This document shows, in pieces, positions 24,665 through 37,625 of a DNA stretch of 64,000 bases. The translations under genes and the position numbers were made by a program. Location of the stretch: assembly GCF_006345805.1 (NCBI RefSeq), contig NC_042998.1, positions 16,864,001 through 16,928,000 of the forward strand, in the 5' to 3' direction. The stretch is from Octopus sinensis (Eukaryota). The notes under the pieces were generated by a model. It was given only the letters and a program-made list of their open reading frames with translations, did no database searches and had not been told where the DNA came from. Each line of letters opens with the position of its first letter. Position 1 is the first letter of the stretch.

Positions 24665-25044
24665 ATATATATAACATACGAATGCTTACTTGTACGAACG
24701 TATACATACATATGTATGCACGTATGCACGCGGCCAGTTTAAATTGCTCGCCTATAATTCCTAGTGCGATATGGTCAAAACATCACCGCAGTAAATACAA
24801 TGACGAAATAAATATAAACATTTATGTAAATACGTATAAGGATAGGAAAGGAGGGGGCCATTCTCATACCCATCGCAGTCCCAGCTTTTCATCGCTATAA
24901 GTTGTGTTTGAAGACGAAGAAGTTATTCTCCAAGAGGAATTTTAGAGCTTCTATTACGAATTTTGTTTTGGTCCCGTGTGGGAGTTCATTGGTATAATAC
25001 TCTAGCCAGAGAATACACCACGCATGCGCAGACACACATACATA

Positions 25045-25235
25045 TAGTTAAAATTTACAGAAAAACAAAAGAAAACAAGTGTATGAACAACATGCGCATG
25101 TATTAGTTTGACGTTCGTGAAAGTGAGAAAGATTTTACGTTTCGAGCCTACGCCCTTCAGCAGAAAGGATTAAGAGAATACAGAAAGAGAGGGAGAATAA
25201 AAAGCAACTTGTGGATCTAGCGATTTAGCGATATA
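25045..25235 (-). mobile_element. Solo Penelope-like pLTR (subfamily B)
   Basis: Colinear with 322-530; core CUGCUGA-A-GGGC-GUAG-GCUC-GAAAC-GUA. Confidence 0.65.
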
Positions 25236-25983
25236 TGTAAAACGTGGGCGATGAGAATGAGAAATCTGACAATTCTCAATAATATATGCGGAATTTCCGG
25301 AGTTATATTTTGGAACAAAATCTCAGCTGTCCTGTTTACATTTCTGTGAACGTACAAGATTCTGCATTTCTATTTATCTGCTAACATTGAATATAATAGT
25401 TTGACATTTCAAGCACAAATCAGTGAACTGTTATCAACGATATACATTCAAAATATCGATGCATGCAAATATATGAATATATATATGCTCATTCCAGACA
25501 GTTTATCCTGGGTTTTAAACACATAAATATATTAGATGGCGTGAAAGATCATCAGGAACCATATAATTAAAGTTTAACGAATACAATTCAATTGAGAAAA
25601 AAGAAATTGACTCCGCTTGCTAAAGATTTTGAAGTGATTGCACTGTGTAAGGTTTATTTGCGTAATCTATCTAACTTAGGACACTGAAACATCAATTCAC
25701 TTAATGGTTATTTATATATAAATAAGAATGTGGTAACAAACCTGTGGCAACGAATGTCAAATGTAATAAAATATTAAAAGTTGTGGGAAAATATTTTTAA
25801 TCTGCGAAATTTATCACAGTAATATTAACGTTTGGACATTCTTCCCGCAAAGCTTTTTTCTTGACATGACTATGTACTTACGTATTTATGTTATGTACAA
25901 CGACGATTACGACATGAACATTTTTCGGAAAAGAAAAAAAATGATATATCTATCTACCTAGCAGATCCCACTACACCTCTGTC

Positions 25984-26192
<209 letters not shown>

Positions 26193-27589
26193 ATTTACCT
26201 ATCTCTATACTTATCTATCTTTCTATCTATATATCTGTCCACCTGTCTTGCTATCTACCGATCCGTTTGTCTATATGTGTACTTCACTATATAGCAACCT
26301 CTCTATTTATCTGTCTACCTACCCTTCTATCGATCTATCTATCTATCTACCTACCTACCTACATGTTTACCTACCTATATATCTATCAATCAATCAATCA
26401 ATCAATCTATCTATCTAGCCAGCCAGCCAGCCAGCCATCAATGCAGTCACTCTCCCATCCGTCCGTCCATATTTAACAATTTACTATGTCTACTCTTGTG
26501 AGGTCATTGTAATAGCAAATTGACCAAACACAATAAATATTTTCCATCAACATATTGAATTGCATTTCATTTTCTTTCCTGCGTGCCCTTGAATGTTTCA
26601 TGGCTGTGATTTCTATTTACCCCCATAATTATTCACTTTGGTTTAATTAGTAAATATCTCTTTCCCAAGTTCGGGCGAATTTCCGTCGCCTGACTACAAG
26701 TATAGACGCATGAAGAAAGTTCAGGAGATGGATTTAGGCAAATGTAGTATCGGCTTTGAATGGACACCAGAGAACCCTTTCGTTTTCTGCTGAATAGGGG
26801 CGTGGTTCCCTTGGAGAAAGCACTGAGCAAAAACTTATCGAATAATAGCTAATAATATTACTTTATTTTTCCTCACACCTCATAATTATTATATCTTGTG
26901 GTAAACTATATCAGCAGCCATACATTAAATGCACTTTAAAAAATGCTTTTCTCACACAATAATATCATGTTTTCTTTCACGTACTTTCCACTTTCACACA
27001 ATTATTTTCCCCCATTTTGATTATTTTTTGCTCGTATTTTTGCATTTCTACGTCTCCTTTCTTTTTCCTTCAATTTGATTCTTATATTCACTTCATCTTT
27101 CATTTTTTTGTTTGTATATTTTTAAATGTTTTCACTGGACACATAAAATTGTGTTAACCAAAAGTGTCTATGTTGATAAATGTGTGAATATTAATATTTA
27201 TGATTTTCGGAAATGTCAAAAAATGAATGATGATGTTTGTTTTGCGGTGGCTTACTAATCATTCTTCCTAAGTATGATACCGCATTTTCGTACAGTATAT
27301 ATATTAATGCTATGCCAAAAAATATAGTATTAAATCCCTAATTACTTTTGTCGAGTTATCCTTATTTGTAACATTAATTATTATGTCTCGCGCTCGAGAC
27401 ATATCTTCCGCAATAACCACCTCGTCCAAGCAAGATACAGCCATTACAACAACCCCATTCAGAGATGATCGCAACGGATAGCCCACAATAGACCATGGGC
27501 CAGCGGAAGGACACTCAACAGGAACAATAATTTCTCATATCAAATCACAAGAAGCCATTTTTTAGGCAAACTCGGCCAAAACTGGGACA

Positions 27590-28670
27590 TTCTGTGGCAC
27601 CAACCAAATGTGAGATCCCGAAAGTGATAAATTTCTCACAAACCAACAAATCAAAATTCTCGCAGGGGACTGCGGTTCACCCCAACACCACAAAGATCGA
27701 ACCTAAAGGATATATAAAATGATATCTAGGAGTTCTGCGGAAAACTTCAAATCACTGAAGAATTTTGTTGCATAAAGAAAATAATGATCACTCTATATTT
27801 CACAATAACAGTAACTACTGACGGACAAACGGAAGAAATCAAACTATGGATAACTTTTGTGATTTGGTTTCCACTTATCCCTACAATTTACTCCCAACTC
27901 GAAAATTTAAAGCAAATACAAGTCGAGAGGAATGGGAAATCATTAATAATCTCACTATAATTATAAAAGAATCCGATAAAGGGTGTGCTATAGTAATCAT
28001 GTTCTCAGAAAAAATTCATAAGCACTACCCTCTTCCTTCTTCAAGACAATGACTACTATGAAAATATCAACAACGGCAGTGAATCCCAGATAACGAATAA
28101 ACTTTCTACCTTCATCCACCAGTTCCAAACAGATTTAACAGAAAAGGAGAGAGATTACTAGACGACATTTGACTGCAAACCAGCAGAATTGATGGACTTC
28201 TTAAAATCCACAACTGTGAAGACATAAACGAAGCCAGTAACAAATCAACTTCTGTAGTCAGAAATATTCCACACCCGACAATATCTCAAAATGAGACCGA
28301 TAGTGGCCGGTCGCTCCTGTGAGACAAACAGACACAGTAGCTTTATTTACGACCGCCTTAAACCTGTTCTGCAACATATACCGAGCTTTATAAATGATGA
28401 TCTGAACTTTTTAAACAATCTTCTGAAAAGCACCCAGTAAGGACCCACTTCTCGTTTCATTCCATGTAATAAACTTCTACACCTCGGGTCCTCACGAATA
28501 CGGAATAATAGCTATACGATATTGGCTAGAAAAATTCCCAAATGACATTCCTGACCGAATCGGAATAGAATTCATCGTTGAAGAAATAAAATCCATCCTA
28601 CAGATCTACTTCTTGAATTTCAACAAGCTTTTGAAATTCAGGGTCGTGTTCAAAACAACTTTTCCTATAT
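27590..28670 (+). pseudogene. Penelope-like reverse transcriptase, N-terminal half
   Basis: GLRFTPTP, IIIKESDKGCAIVIM (I.IK.ADKG), LKMRPIVAG, LKPVLQHIPSFINDDLNFLNNL, LLVSFHVINFYT..PHEYG (motif A: LVSFDV.SLYT.IPH). Multiple stops and frameshifts; ends at a microsatellite. Confidence 0.85.
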
Positions 28671-28735
28671 ATGTGTATATATACATACATACATACATAT
28701 ATATGTATATTATATATATACAGGCACGCACACAC

Positions 28736-28770
<35 letters not shown>

Positions 28771-28780
28771 TGTATGTATG

Positions 28781-28854
<74 letters not shown>

Positions 28855-29129
28855 CATACTATATATATGTATATATATATATATGGATGCATACATACAT
28901 GCCTGCATATATATATTTATATGCGATTATATATGTTTATATTGTTTATATTTATATAAATGTGTATGTGTTTGTATGTATGTATGTTTACATGTATTAG
29001 AGCCTGTATAATCACATATACATATATACACCCACATATATACATACACACAAATGCAAATACTCTTACACGCACACACAAGCACACACGTGCATACATG
29101 CATACATTACACCCATACATACATACAAG

Positions 29130-29178
<49 letters not shown>

Positions 29179-29579
29179 GTGTGTGTGTGTGCGTGTATGT
29201 ATATATATCAGATTCAGCTGAAGTATTCACTATTGCTGAGGATCTGAACATATTGCACATCTCTGTTTCTGCTTTTAATCGGTAAAAACTAACGTTTGAT
29301 TCTTAGAAAATAATGAAAACAAATGTTTCATATTGGTATGACTTTAAGATACAAAGTTTCCCAATATTACAATTCATCGGGAAACAAACAAAAGGGAATA
29401 CATTTCTCTCTCTCTCTTCCTCTCTCACTTTGTCCTCTCTGCTTCTGTGTTTCTGTTTCTCTCTGTTTCTCTCTGTTTCTCAATCTCTCTCTCTAGAACT
29501 CTCTTTTGCTGTATACACACAAACACACACAAACACGCATGCACACACAACTACCTAAATACAAACAAACATATATATA

Positions 29580-30120
29580 GCTGAGTTTCACATTCATCAG
29601 CAAAGGAGAGCTCCTGATCTTAGAGGCCAATCGCTGATGTGGCCTGGCCGCCGGGCTCATTCACTCCCTATGGAATGCCTATTCACACCATTGCTGTATC
29701 ACGCCAAAGATGAAGCTCCGCGTTTACAACATGACAATCTTCTCTTCTCTCTTTTCTCCAATCGGGCAAAAATGAGGTGCAATGAGGGTCGACGACCTCA
29801 ACAGCAGAACGTTGAGAACGATCAGAATTATCAGATATTACCATCATGTTTTTCTCCAAGATAAACCCGCAGCTCGCGCCCTTATAACCATCCACTGCAT
29901 CCACTGGTAAATATATGTACTCCACCTCCAGCTAGATCGCATCAGCTTTGGGGCGAAAGAGAATGTGTGGCAGACTCCGTGACAGGCCCCGCACCAGATA
30001 GCTGGACGTGAATACGGAAGATTTTCAGAGACTCGGCGTCACTTTGTATCATACAGCGGAGCTCCCACGGTACCGGCCACGATGCACTGGTAGTGGCGGT
30101 GGAGTTACTGGTGGACCTGT
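29580..30120 (+). pseudogene. RTE-like LINE 3' fragment
   Basis: KMKLRVYNMTIFSSLF (TKLRVY...V.S.LLY), RTLRTI and RPRTR*LDV (GRP..RW.D) remnants; GC-richer than the flanks. Confidence 0.55.
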
Positions 30121-30689
30121 TTCGATATATGTTCAATTAAAGACACTTCATATTTCTAAAAGTTCATATGGTCGTTGAAAATGTCTCTAAGAAAAGTACT
30201 GTTATCGATGAGATAATCACGGATCTAGGTTTATCAAATTTCACGTTAATCTATTGAAGGCATTCATTCTGTCGTGTTATGAGAAGTATAAGTGCGATTT
30301 GTAGTCTTGACTCACTTTTTACAAATTGAGTACATAAATAATATTTTCGAAAGAAATAGATAAGTAATATTTGTTGAAGATTCTAGGTAAATTTCAAGCA
30401 CGATTTGAATTAACTCCAAGTAAAGCGTCAACTCTATACGGTCCACATTTTAACTGAATAAAAGTAGCGTTAGCAAGATCATAAAAGACGTAGTAGGTCT
30501 GTGATGTGAGTAGAATCCAAAGATCAAATTGTAGTGTCAAAGTACTACTTGATAGAACGTCAAGAGCATAGTATATTATCCAAAATATTCGCATTAATTT
30601 TTAACGTTGAAATAAGATTTCTTTCAGAACGAAAGAGAGGTGCCCATTTCCTAGCAAATATTAAATCCTTTATGTGAGGTATATTTGCC

Positions 30690-30900
30690 ATCTCAATATG
30701 GCGAACCACTAAGGGTGGGTGTTACTGTAGCTTGTAGCCCCATGAGAACATCGTCTCCAGCTGACTTTAGGCACACTTTCTGTGCTCTTATGGTATTGCA
30801 AAGGGAGGTCACCCTTCCCTCGTCAACCTAAGCGATACGCACGGACTGCAGTTTCTAGGTATTGACCTGTCTTCAGCGTACGACAATCACCGGTTTTCGA
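30690..30900 (-). mobile_element. Short HHR-bearing repeat (pLTR/retrozyme-like)
   Basis: GC-richer island containing the HHR below; boundaries approximate. Confidence 0.4.
30838..30882 (-). ncRNA. Minimal type I hammerhead ribozyme
   Basis: CGUACG-CUGAAGA-CAGG-UCAAUA-CCUA-GAAAC-UGCA-GUC|CGUGCG. 6-bp stem I, palindromic stem III ACUGCAGU, C:A mismatch at the base of stem II. Confidence 0.8.
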
Positions 30901-31099
30901 TAATCCTTAATAAACAGGGAATAGGAAATCGAAGCAAAGTAATGAGTAATAAGATGTCGTAGAAGGGAGCGTCTAAATATAAGGTGGCTTATACTTTTCA
31001 GTTTGCGGAGCAAAATGTTGACCTAATCTGTGCTTCTCCAAAGACTAAATCTTAATTTATCGCTTAATTTGATTCAATTTATCCCTTAATTTATCTCTA

Positions 31100-31560
31100 A
31101 CTCTATATACTTTTTTAAAGAAATAAAACATCCTAAAGTTCGGTAAGATCAGTCCGAAAACTTCTATTGAAATCATCAGATCTTCAAAATAAGGTAAAGT
31201 CATGATGTTTAGCGTTTCGACTTATGATCCATACCAAGGTCTCTAACAGGTTTACTATATGTGCAATTAATTTAAAATACGCTGTTATTAGTTAATCTAT
31301 ATTTCTTGTCCGAATTCTTGTGATGACTTTCGTATAGGGGACCGTGAGTGGAGCGTATGAATTTCTAGGTTTTTTAGAGAACACGTGTACGCAAAACGGT
31401 TTTACTCTGGAAAAATCCATGTATTCTAAGGCAATTTGTTAGAGAGTTGTTGTCGATAGTCCTTTGAAATATTACCTGTGATTGAAAAGCGTCTCTTTAA
31501 GAAATTCTCTGGAATGATGACTTTCTGTCGCCATAAGCTCTACAAATCCTTTTACTGTTA
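31100..31560 (-). pseudogene. Possible CR1/L2-type RT remnant
   Basis: EYMDFSRV (Y.DF.KAFD-like) and PVRDLGM (RDLGV-like) only; heavily deleted. Confidence 0.3.
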
Positions 31561-32729
31561 CCACCAATACTCTTGCTCAACCCGACTCGGATATGCCTCA
31601 TTGAAATGACCACTGTACGACATGTAATAAAATGTTTTGCTTAAGGAGACAATAAGCTAACAGGACCTGAAATAGAAATCGAGATCTTGCGATTGAAAGT
31701 GAAACATACTTACAGTAGGCCACAAATCTGAATTTACACAAAATACATAGAGATATATATTTGTGTTTGTGGCTATACGTATGTATGCATATATGTATAA
31801 CAAAATATATAAATATGTAAATATGACTGAACATATGAATGGTTTTGTGCGCATGGGCAACAATTTTCATAACAAATTGCAATTTATAGTTCAAAGATTC
31901 TACGTTGTGAATAAGTTTATAATTAAGTAAATTTACATTAAAAGTTCACGCAGGTACAAAAATGTTCGGTGTTCAATATATATTTAATTACTTTGTGTTT
32001 TATAAAGTTATTTCTTACATGACAATTTCGAATAAACATAAAATTATATGCATGCAATTTTACACATACGTCTCATATATATGACTAAGATTAATAAGCA
32101 TATGCAAAATAAGCATACAGCTGTTAGTCTAAATCATAGATTATAAAATCTGTAATTATTACTTTGATACAATGATAATTATAAATTAAGAAATCATTTG
32201 AGATTCTGCTGCAAAATACGAGATCATTATCCAAAGAAAAGCAGCAACAAATTATGTTTTATGGTGCAATTTGTATGGATGTATGCGTGGATTTGATGAA
32301 AATCTAATGCATAAAATCTTTTAACCAAGCTACTTTACAGATTGACATATTTTCAATATTGACATATCCTCCAGGTTATTCTATGTATATTCTAAATTGC
32401 ACTTAACATAAAGTGAATTTATGTGAAAAGCTGCGCACAAGATATGCTCACGTTGCAGAAAGTAACACCCCGATACATCCATATGTAAACTATACATATG
32501 AACGAAACATGTGAAGATAATCATTCTCTCACTCCCGCACTTATTATTACGTAATCGTTTCAAAATTACTCATAAATTATTCTCATCTTATCCAACTATA
32601 TTTCATGTAGAGATGCATTCAATATTCATAAATGATATTTATGGCAGAAAATATTTGAATTAATATTTTGCTACCCAAACATGGATAAATGTCAAAGTTT
32701 TGGTAGTAACGAAGAGCAGATGAGCAGAT

Positions 32730-32847
<118 letters not shown>

Positions 32848-32986
32848 TAATTAAAAGGGTGGCTTATTAGCAATTAGAGCCTAAATGTGAAATCACTAGA
32901 GGTCAAAGTGACGGAGGGTGCTGACTAGCACTGCTTAAGCAAAAATAAGAGCTGAATTAACTCTAAAGTCACTAAAGCCCTATACT

Positions 32987-33095
32987 TAATGGCTGACAAA
33001 GGGCAGTATGACCTTAGTGTACATAGCCGTATCGCAATTTCGAATTTTGGGGTAGACCACCTTTATTCTCATCAGTGCCTCTTTGTCAGTCATTA
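32987..33095 (-). ncRNA. Type I hammerhead motif with long stem I, in an element ending at (TA)n ~32846
   Basis: UAAUG-A-CUGACAAAG-A-GGCA / UGCC-CUUUGUCAG-C-CAUUA (18 bp); CUGAUGA at 33075-33069; stem II GAAU/AUUC; GAAA at 33041-38; one extra C after the AUA triplet. Confidence 0.75.
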
Positions 33096-34673
33096 GAGGA
33101 ATATACCTTGTGAAGTTATTCTGAACCCATACGTCAGAACTAAGCTGTGAAACATATTTTTGCCTCTGTATTCGAAAGGTCTTTAAAAAAGAAATAAATG
33201 AAAAAAATAATAAAATAAAATTTAATACTTGGTTACTATTTAGTAAAGTGATGATTCTGGGAGACGGAAGCGATTAATTGTCAACACTGATTATATCCAA
33301 GATACAATTATTTGTAAATATACAAAGAAATTTTTTTGGGAAGGGAAGAAATGCCAGATATCAAAATACCTTGATAAAAGGAAATTCGTATCATGAATAA
33401 AATGTATTCTCTAAAACAGACAAATGATACCAACCGTTTTCTGGCTTCGTTTAAAACAAGGATTTGGCTGCATAGAAAAGTAGCAGAATTGGAATGGTGC
33501 ATTCATATTGTTACAAATCTTAAGTAGACAGATTTCTTTAGCTAAAAGACTAGTAACATATCTTTACGGAAATTATCAATGGAATTTTTTTATTCTATAT
33601 TTCACCAAATCATCTGTCGCATAGCACGCTTTTCAACTTTTTTAGACACAATGAATCAAAAATTAATGAACACTATGTGTGCTATTCATTTATATAATAG
33701 GTCATCCGTATGAAATTCTCAGATAATATATTTCACGCCGATTAACAAGATTGAGCTTATATTGTATTGTGTTGTAGTTTGAAAAATTACGTAGCCCCAT
33801 ATTATCCCGTCATTGCTTATAGACGTAGAAGTAGGCACACATATTCATACACACATTCATACTTTTGGTGACTAACCAGACGTATTCAAATGTCGACTTT
33901 GTTGTGAAGGACTCATCGTACCATTAGAAAGTAAGACAAATATATAAAAGCTCAAAGCTAATGCATACCATAAACAATAATACGGATGATAGCTTCTCTC
34001 AATGTGTATTAACAACCCAATATTTGGCAAACCCACAGGGGCTGACGAGGGTTTCATATTACAAAAGAGAAGATGCGCTCAATAAAAGTCATAGATATAT
34101 TTATTCGGGTTTCCCATCCCATGGTTTCCGCCATATGTAATGACATCCGAAATTTCTCTCACAGAGAAATGACCAAGTTTGGCTGTGCGTAAAATTCAAT
34201 AGTACAATAGTACAATACTCTATTTCGTATGTCACAACTACCAAATATTTCGATTCTCACAGAGATATATGAATATGCATGTTTGTGCGTCATGTGTGCG
34301 TGTGTGTGAACATGTTTTTCAATGAGGCTGAAAGAATATGCTCTATGATATTATTTGTTCCATGAAGTCATAGCATATACCTGAAACTATCGTAGAAAAT
34401 GGGGTGACTTAAAATTTGCTTACTGACATGGAAAAATTATCCGACCCATTATGCAACGTAAATGAAATAGCGTCATTTGAAGAATATTAGTCACACATTC
34501 TACGAGGATGCAGCATTTCTAGATAAAATAAGTGTTGTAATTCCCTATTAGATTAAACTTGAGGCTAAGTCATTTCATCGAGTTAAACATAAAAAAAGTA
34601 GCACTATCACTTACACATAGATTCACATACACATGCGCATGGGTTGTTTCTGTGTGACTATGGGTATGTGTTC

Positions 34674-34830
34674 AGGAGTGGCTGCGTGGTAAGAAGCTTG
34701 CCTCCCAACGACATGGTTCCGGGTTCGGTCCCACTGCGTGGCACCTTGGGCAGGTGTCTTCTACTATAATCTCGGACCGACCAAAGCCTTGTGAATACAT
34801 TTGGTAGACGGAAACAGAAAGAAGACCGAT
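34674..34830 (+). mobile_element. tRNA-derived SINE (family 2)
   Basis: A box TGGCTGCGTGG, B box GGTTCGGTCC; homologous to 8037-8196. Confidence 0.85.
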
Positions 34831-34837
34831 ATATCAT

Positions 34838-34922
<85 letters not shown>

Positions 34923-35714
34923 GTGTGTGTGTGTGTGTGTGTGTGTGTCTGTGTGTGTGTGTGTGTGTGTGTATTTATAACAGAAGGCCCTGCATGAGTG
35001 AAAATATATTAGGATGAGAATTTGAAAATGCAGACGTCTTTTAAATATATTTATTGACTTGACTGGTTTCACTGGTATTTTTTCTAAATGGTTTTCAAAA
35101 GTAAAGTGTAAGGAATTGTGTAGTCTTTGTAGTGTTAGAAATTTGTTAACATAGCTGTATTTAAATACAGTGATGTAGTCTTTAACAATGACAAGAAAAT
35201 GGTAAGAAATAGAATCTCTGACAATGATAAGAAAATGTGAAGAGTGGCTCTGTGTTTAAATAGTTTACACAAAAGTGTTCAAATATGGAGTAAAATAAGT
35301 TCATAATTGTTTATAAGATCATCAGAAAGTATTTGTAGAATGTATTTGATAGAACAATGCGTGTATTTCTTTGTCAAAAGTTCATCAAAAATCATAATTA
35401 TTTATAAGAATTTTATGGGAATGGCCAACCTTCTTCCTTAATATCCAGTCTTGTGTGTGTGTTTCGCAAGGATGGTTGCTATTTTTAGAAATAGTGTGGC
35501 AGGTTCGTTGGGAGTGTGTATGTGTGTGTGAGTGTGTTGTATTTGTCAGGGGCTCTGTGTGTGAAAACTGTTAAGTCAATAAGCATCTTTAAAAGGCCTC
35601 TGCATTTTCAAATCCTCTCGCCTACACACTCACACACACACACCCTCGCCCACGCACAAACACACACGCATAAACACGCATATATATGTATTTGTGTGTC
35701 TGAGTTCCTCCCCT

Positions 35715-35859
35715 CCCCACCAACTGAAAACCGATGCTGGTGTGTTTACATCCCTGTGGCCTAGCGGTTCGGCAAAAGAAAACGATAGAATAAGTACTAG
35801 GCTTACAAAGTATGAGTCCTCAAGTCGAGTTGTTCGGCTAAAGTCATTGAAACAAGTAA

Positions 35860-35862
<3 letters not shown>
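35715..35862 (+). mobile_element. SINE 3' portion (family 3), internally deleted
   Basis: AACCGATGCTGGTGTGTTTAC...AGCGGTTCGGCAAAAGA...GATAGAATAAGTACT...TGAAACAAGTAAAA; inverted relative to 36036-36215. Confidence 0.7.
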
Positions 35863-35939
<77 letters not shown>

Positions 35940-36035
35940 ATAGAGAGAGAGATAAACAGACATGCAGACAGACAGATAGTTAGATAAATAGATATATAGA
36001 TAAATAGATAGATAGATAGATAGATAGGCTCATAT

Positions 36036-36245
36036 TTATACTCTTTATTCTTTTACTTGTTTCAGTCATTTGACTGTGGTCATGCTGGAGCACCGCCTTT
36101 AGTCGAGCAAATCGACCCCGGGACTTATTCTTTGTAAGCCCAGTACTTATTCTATCGGTCTCTTTTGCCGAACCGCTAAGTGACGGGGACGTAAACACAC
36201 CAGCATCGGTTGTCAAGCAATGCTAGGGGGACAAACGCAGACACA
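36036..36245 (-). mobile_element. SINE 3' portion (family 3)
   Basis: Reverse complement matches 35715-35862; tail GACTAAAGGCGGTGCTCCAGCATGACCACAGTCAAATGACTGAAACAAGTAAAAGAATAAAG. Confidence 0.75.
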
Positions 36246-36280
36246 CAAACATATACACACACATACATATATATACATAT

Positions 36281-36402
36281 ATACGACAGGCTTCTTTCAG
36301 TTCCCGTCTACCAAATCCACTTGCGCAAGTTGCCACGCAGTTGGACTGAACCCGGAACCATGTGGTTGGTTAGCAAGCTACTTACCACACAGCCACTCCT
36401 GC
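36281..36402 (-). mobile_element. tRNA-derived SINE (family 2), internal deletion
   Basis: Matches both ends of 8037-8196 but lacks about 40 nt of the middle. Confidence 0.8.
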
Positions 36403-37523
36403 GCCTATGTTTATATATACTTATATCTGTAAATGTAGATAGAGAGGTAGTGATGTAGGTAGGCCGCTATGCAGATAGATAGAATGAGAGAGAGAAAGAG
36501 GGAGAGAGAGAGAGATGGGCATGCATGCATGCATATATGTATGTACATATATTGGCAGTTCAATGGAAGTAGTTATCCACTGATGGATGAATACGATTAG
36601 GTAGCTTCTGAAATGTATTTCACTGAAATTATTCAGCACATTTGTGTAAAATAAATAAGTATTGATTTATTTGGAAACGAGACCACAAATTCATATAACA
36701 TTGCAATTAAGTATGTGACTTTCATTGACTAAGCAACAAACTATATTCCCAGTAGGTAGCTGTCATCAGATAAGAAATGAAAGAAATTTTAAGTTGCTTA
36801 TAAATATTGAAAACCTTAATGAGTGATTTGCGATTATTAACTCCCAATGCAAAAAGTAGATTGCCAAAAAGTCAAAAGATTATTATTTAGAGCTAAATTA
36901 AGAGCTGATTGTGCTATCCTACATGGAATTGCATATGTTTTTCTATAGTTATTTTGATTTCTCACCGGGGAAACAAGGAAAGAAACAGTATTTCAACTTT
37001 ATCATTTGTAATTATACAGCGAATGATTGTACTATTGTTTGTGTTGTTTGTTTTATTGTTATTACTATTATTATTATTACAAATACTATTTGTTCTACTT
37101 TCAATCCAACTTCAGTTATTTCTATAGTGGTTTAACAAAAGACTGCTGTAGCTAGGGATTAGACAATAAAGTCATGCGATTAGGAAAAACAATTAATAAA
37201 TATCTATTGTGCGAAAATTATGCTTACGTAGACTATACAGTTTTACGATGGAAAAAAAATTGCGTTTGAAAAATCAAAAGATTATCAGCAAACAATGGCA
37301 GATATATTATAAGATATTCATTAGGTAGGTCCTATTTTTTTAAAGTTCCTGTTTCAGCAGACAATAACAGCTTTTCAAGTCAGAACGCCAATGAGAGCGC
37401 TAAAGATATACAATCATACATGTGTACTCAAACTTTAAATCACAAATACGTTACACACATCCATATACACAGATTTATATATGCAAATATATACATACAT
37501 ACAGACAGACAGACAGACATACA

Positions 37524-37625
<102 letters not shown>

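Noticed and set aside
26633-26830. GC-richer patch as an exon
   Set aside because: There are possible acceptors on both strands but no good donor or recognisable peptide; left unassigned.
28608-28640. 12-bp inverted repeat at the end of the PLE RT fragment as an inversion junction
   Set aside because: It is short and AT-rich, and the RT frame plausibly continues through it.
29575-29606. CUGAUGA-AUGU-GAAAC on the minus strand as a hammerhead
   Set aside because: No viable stem II and no stem I complementarity.
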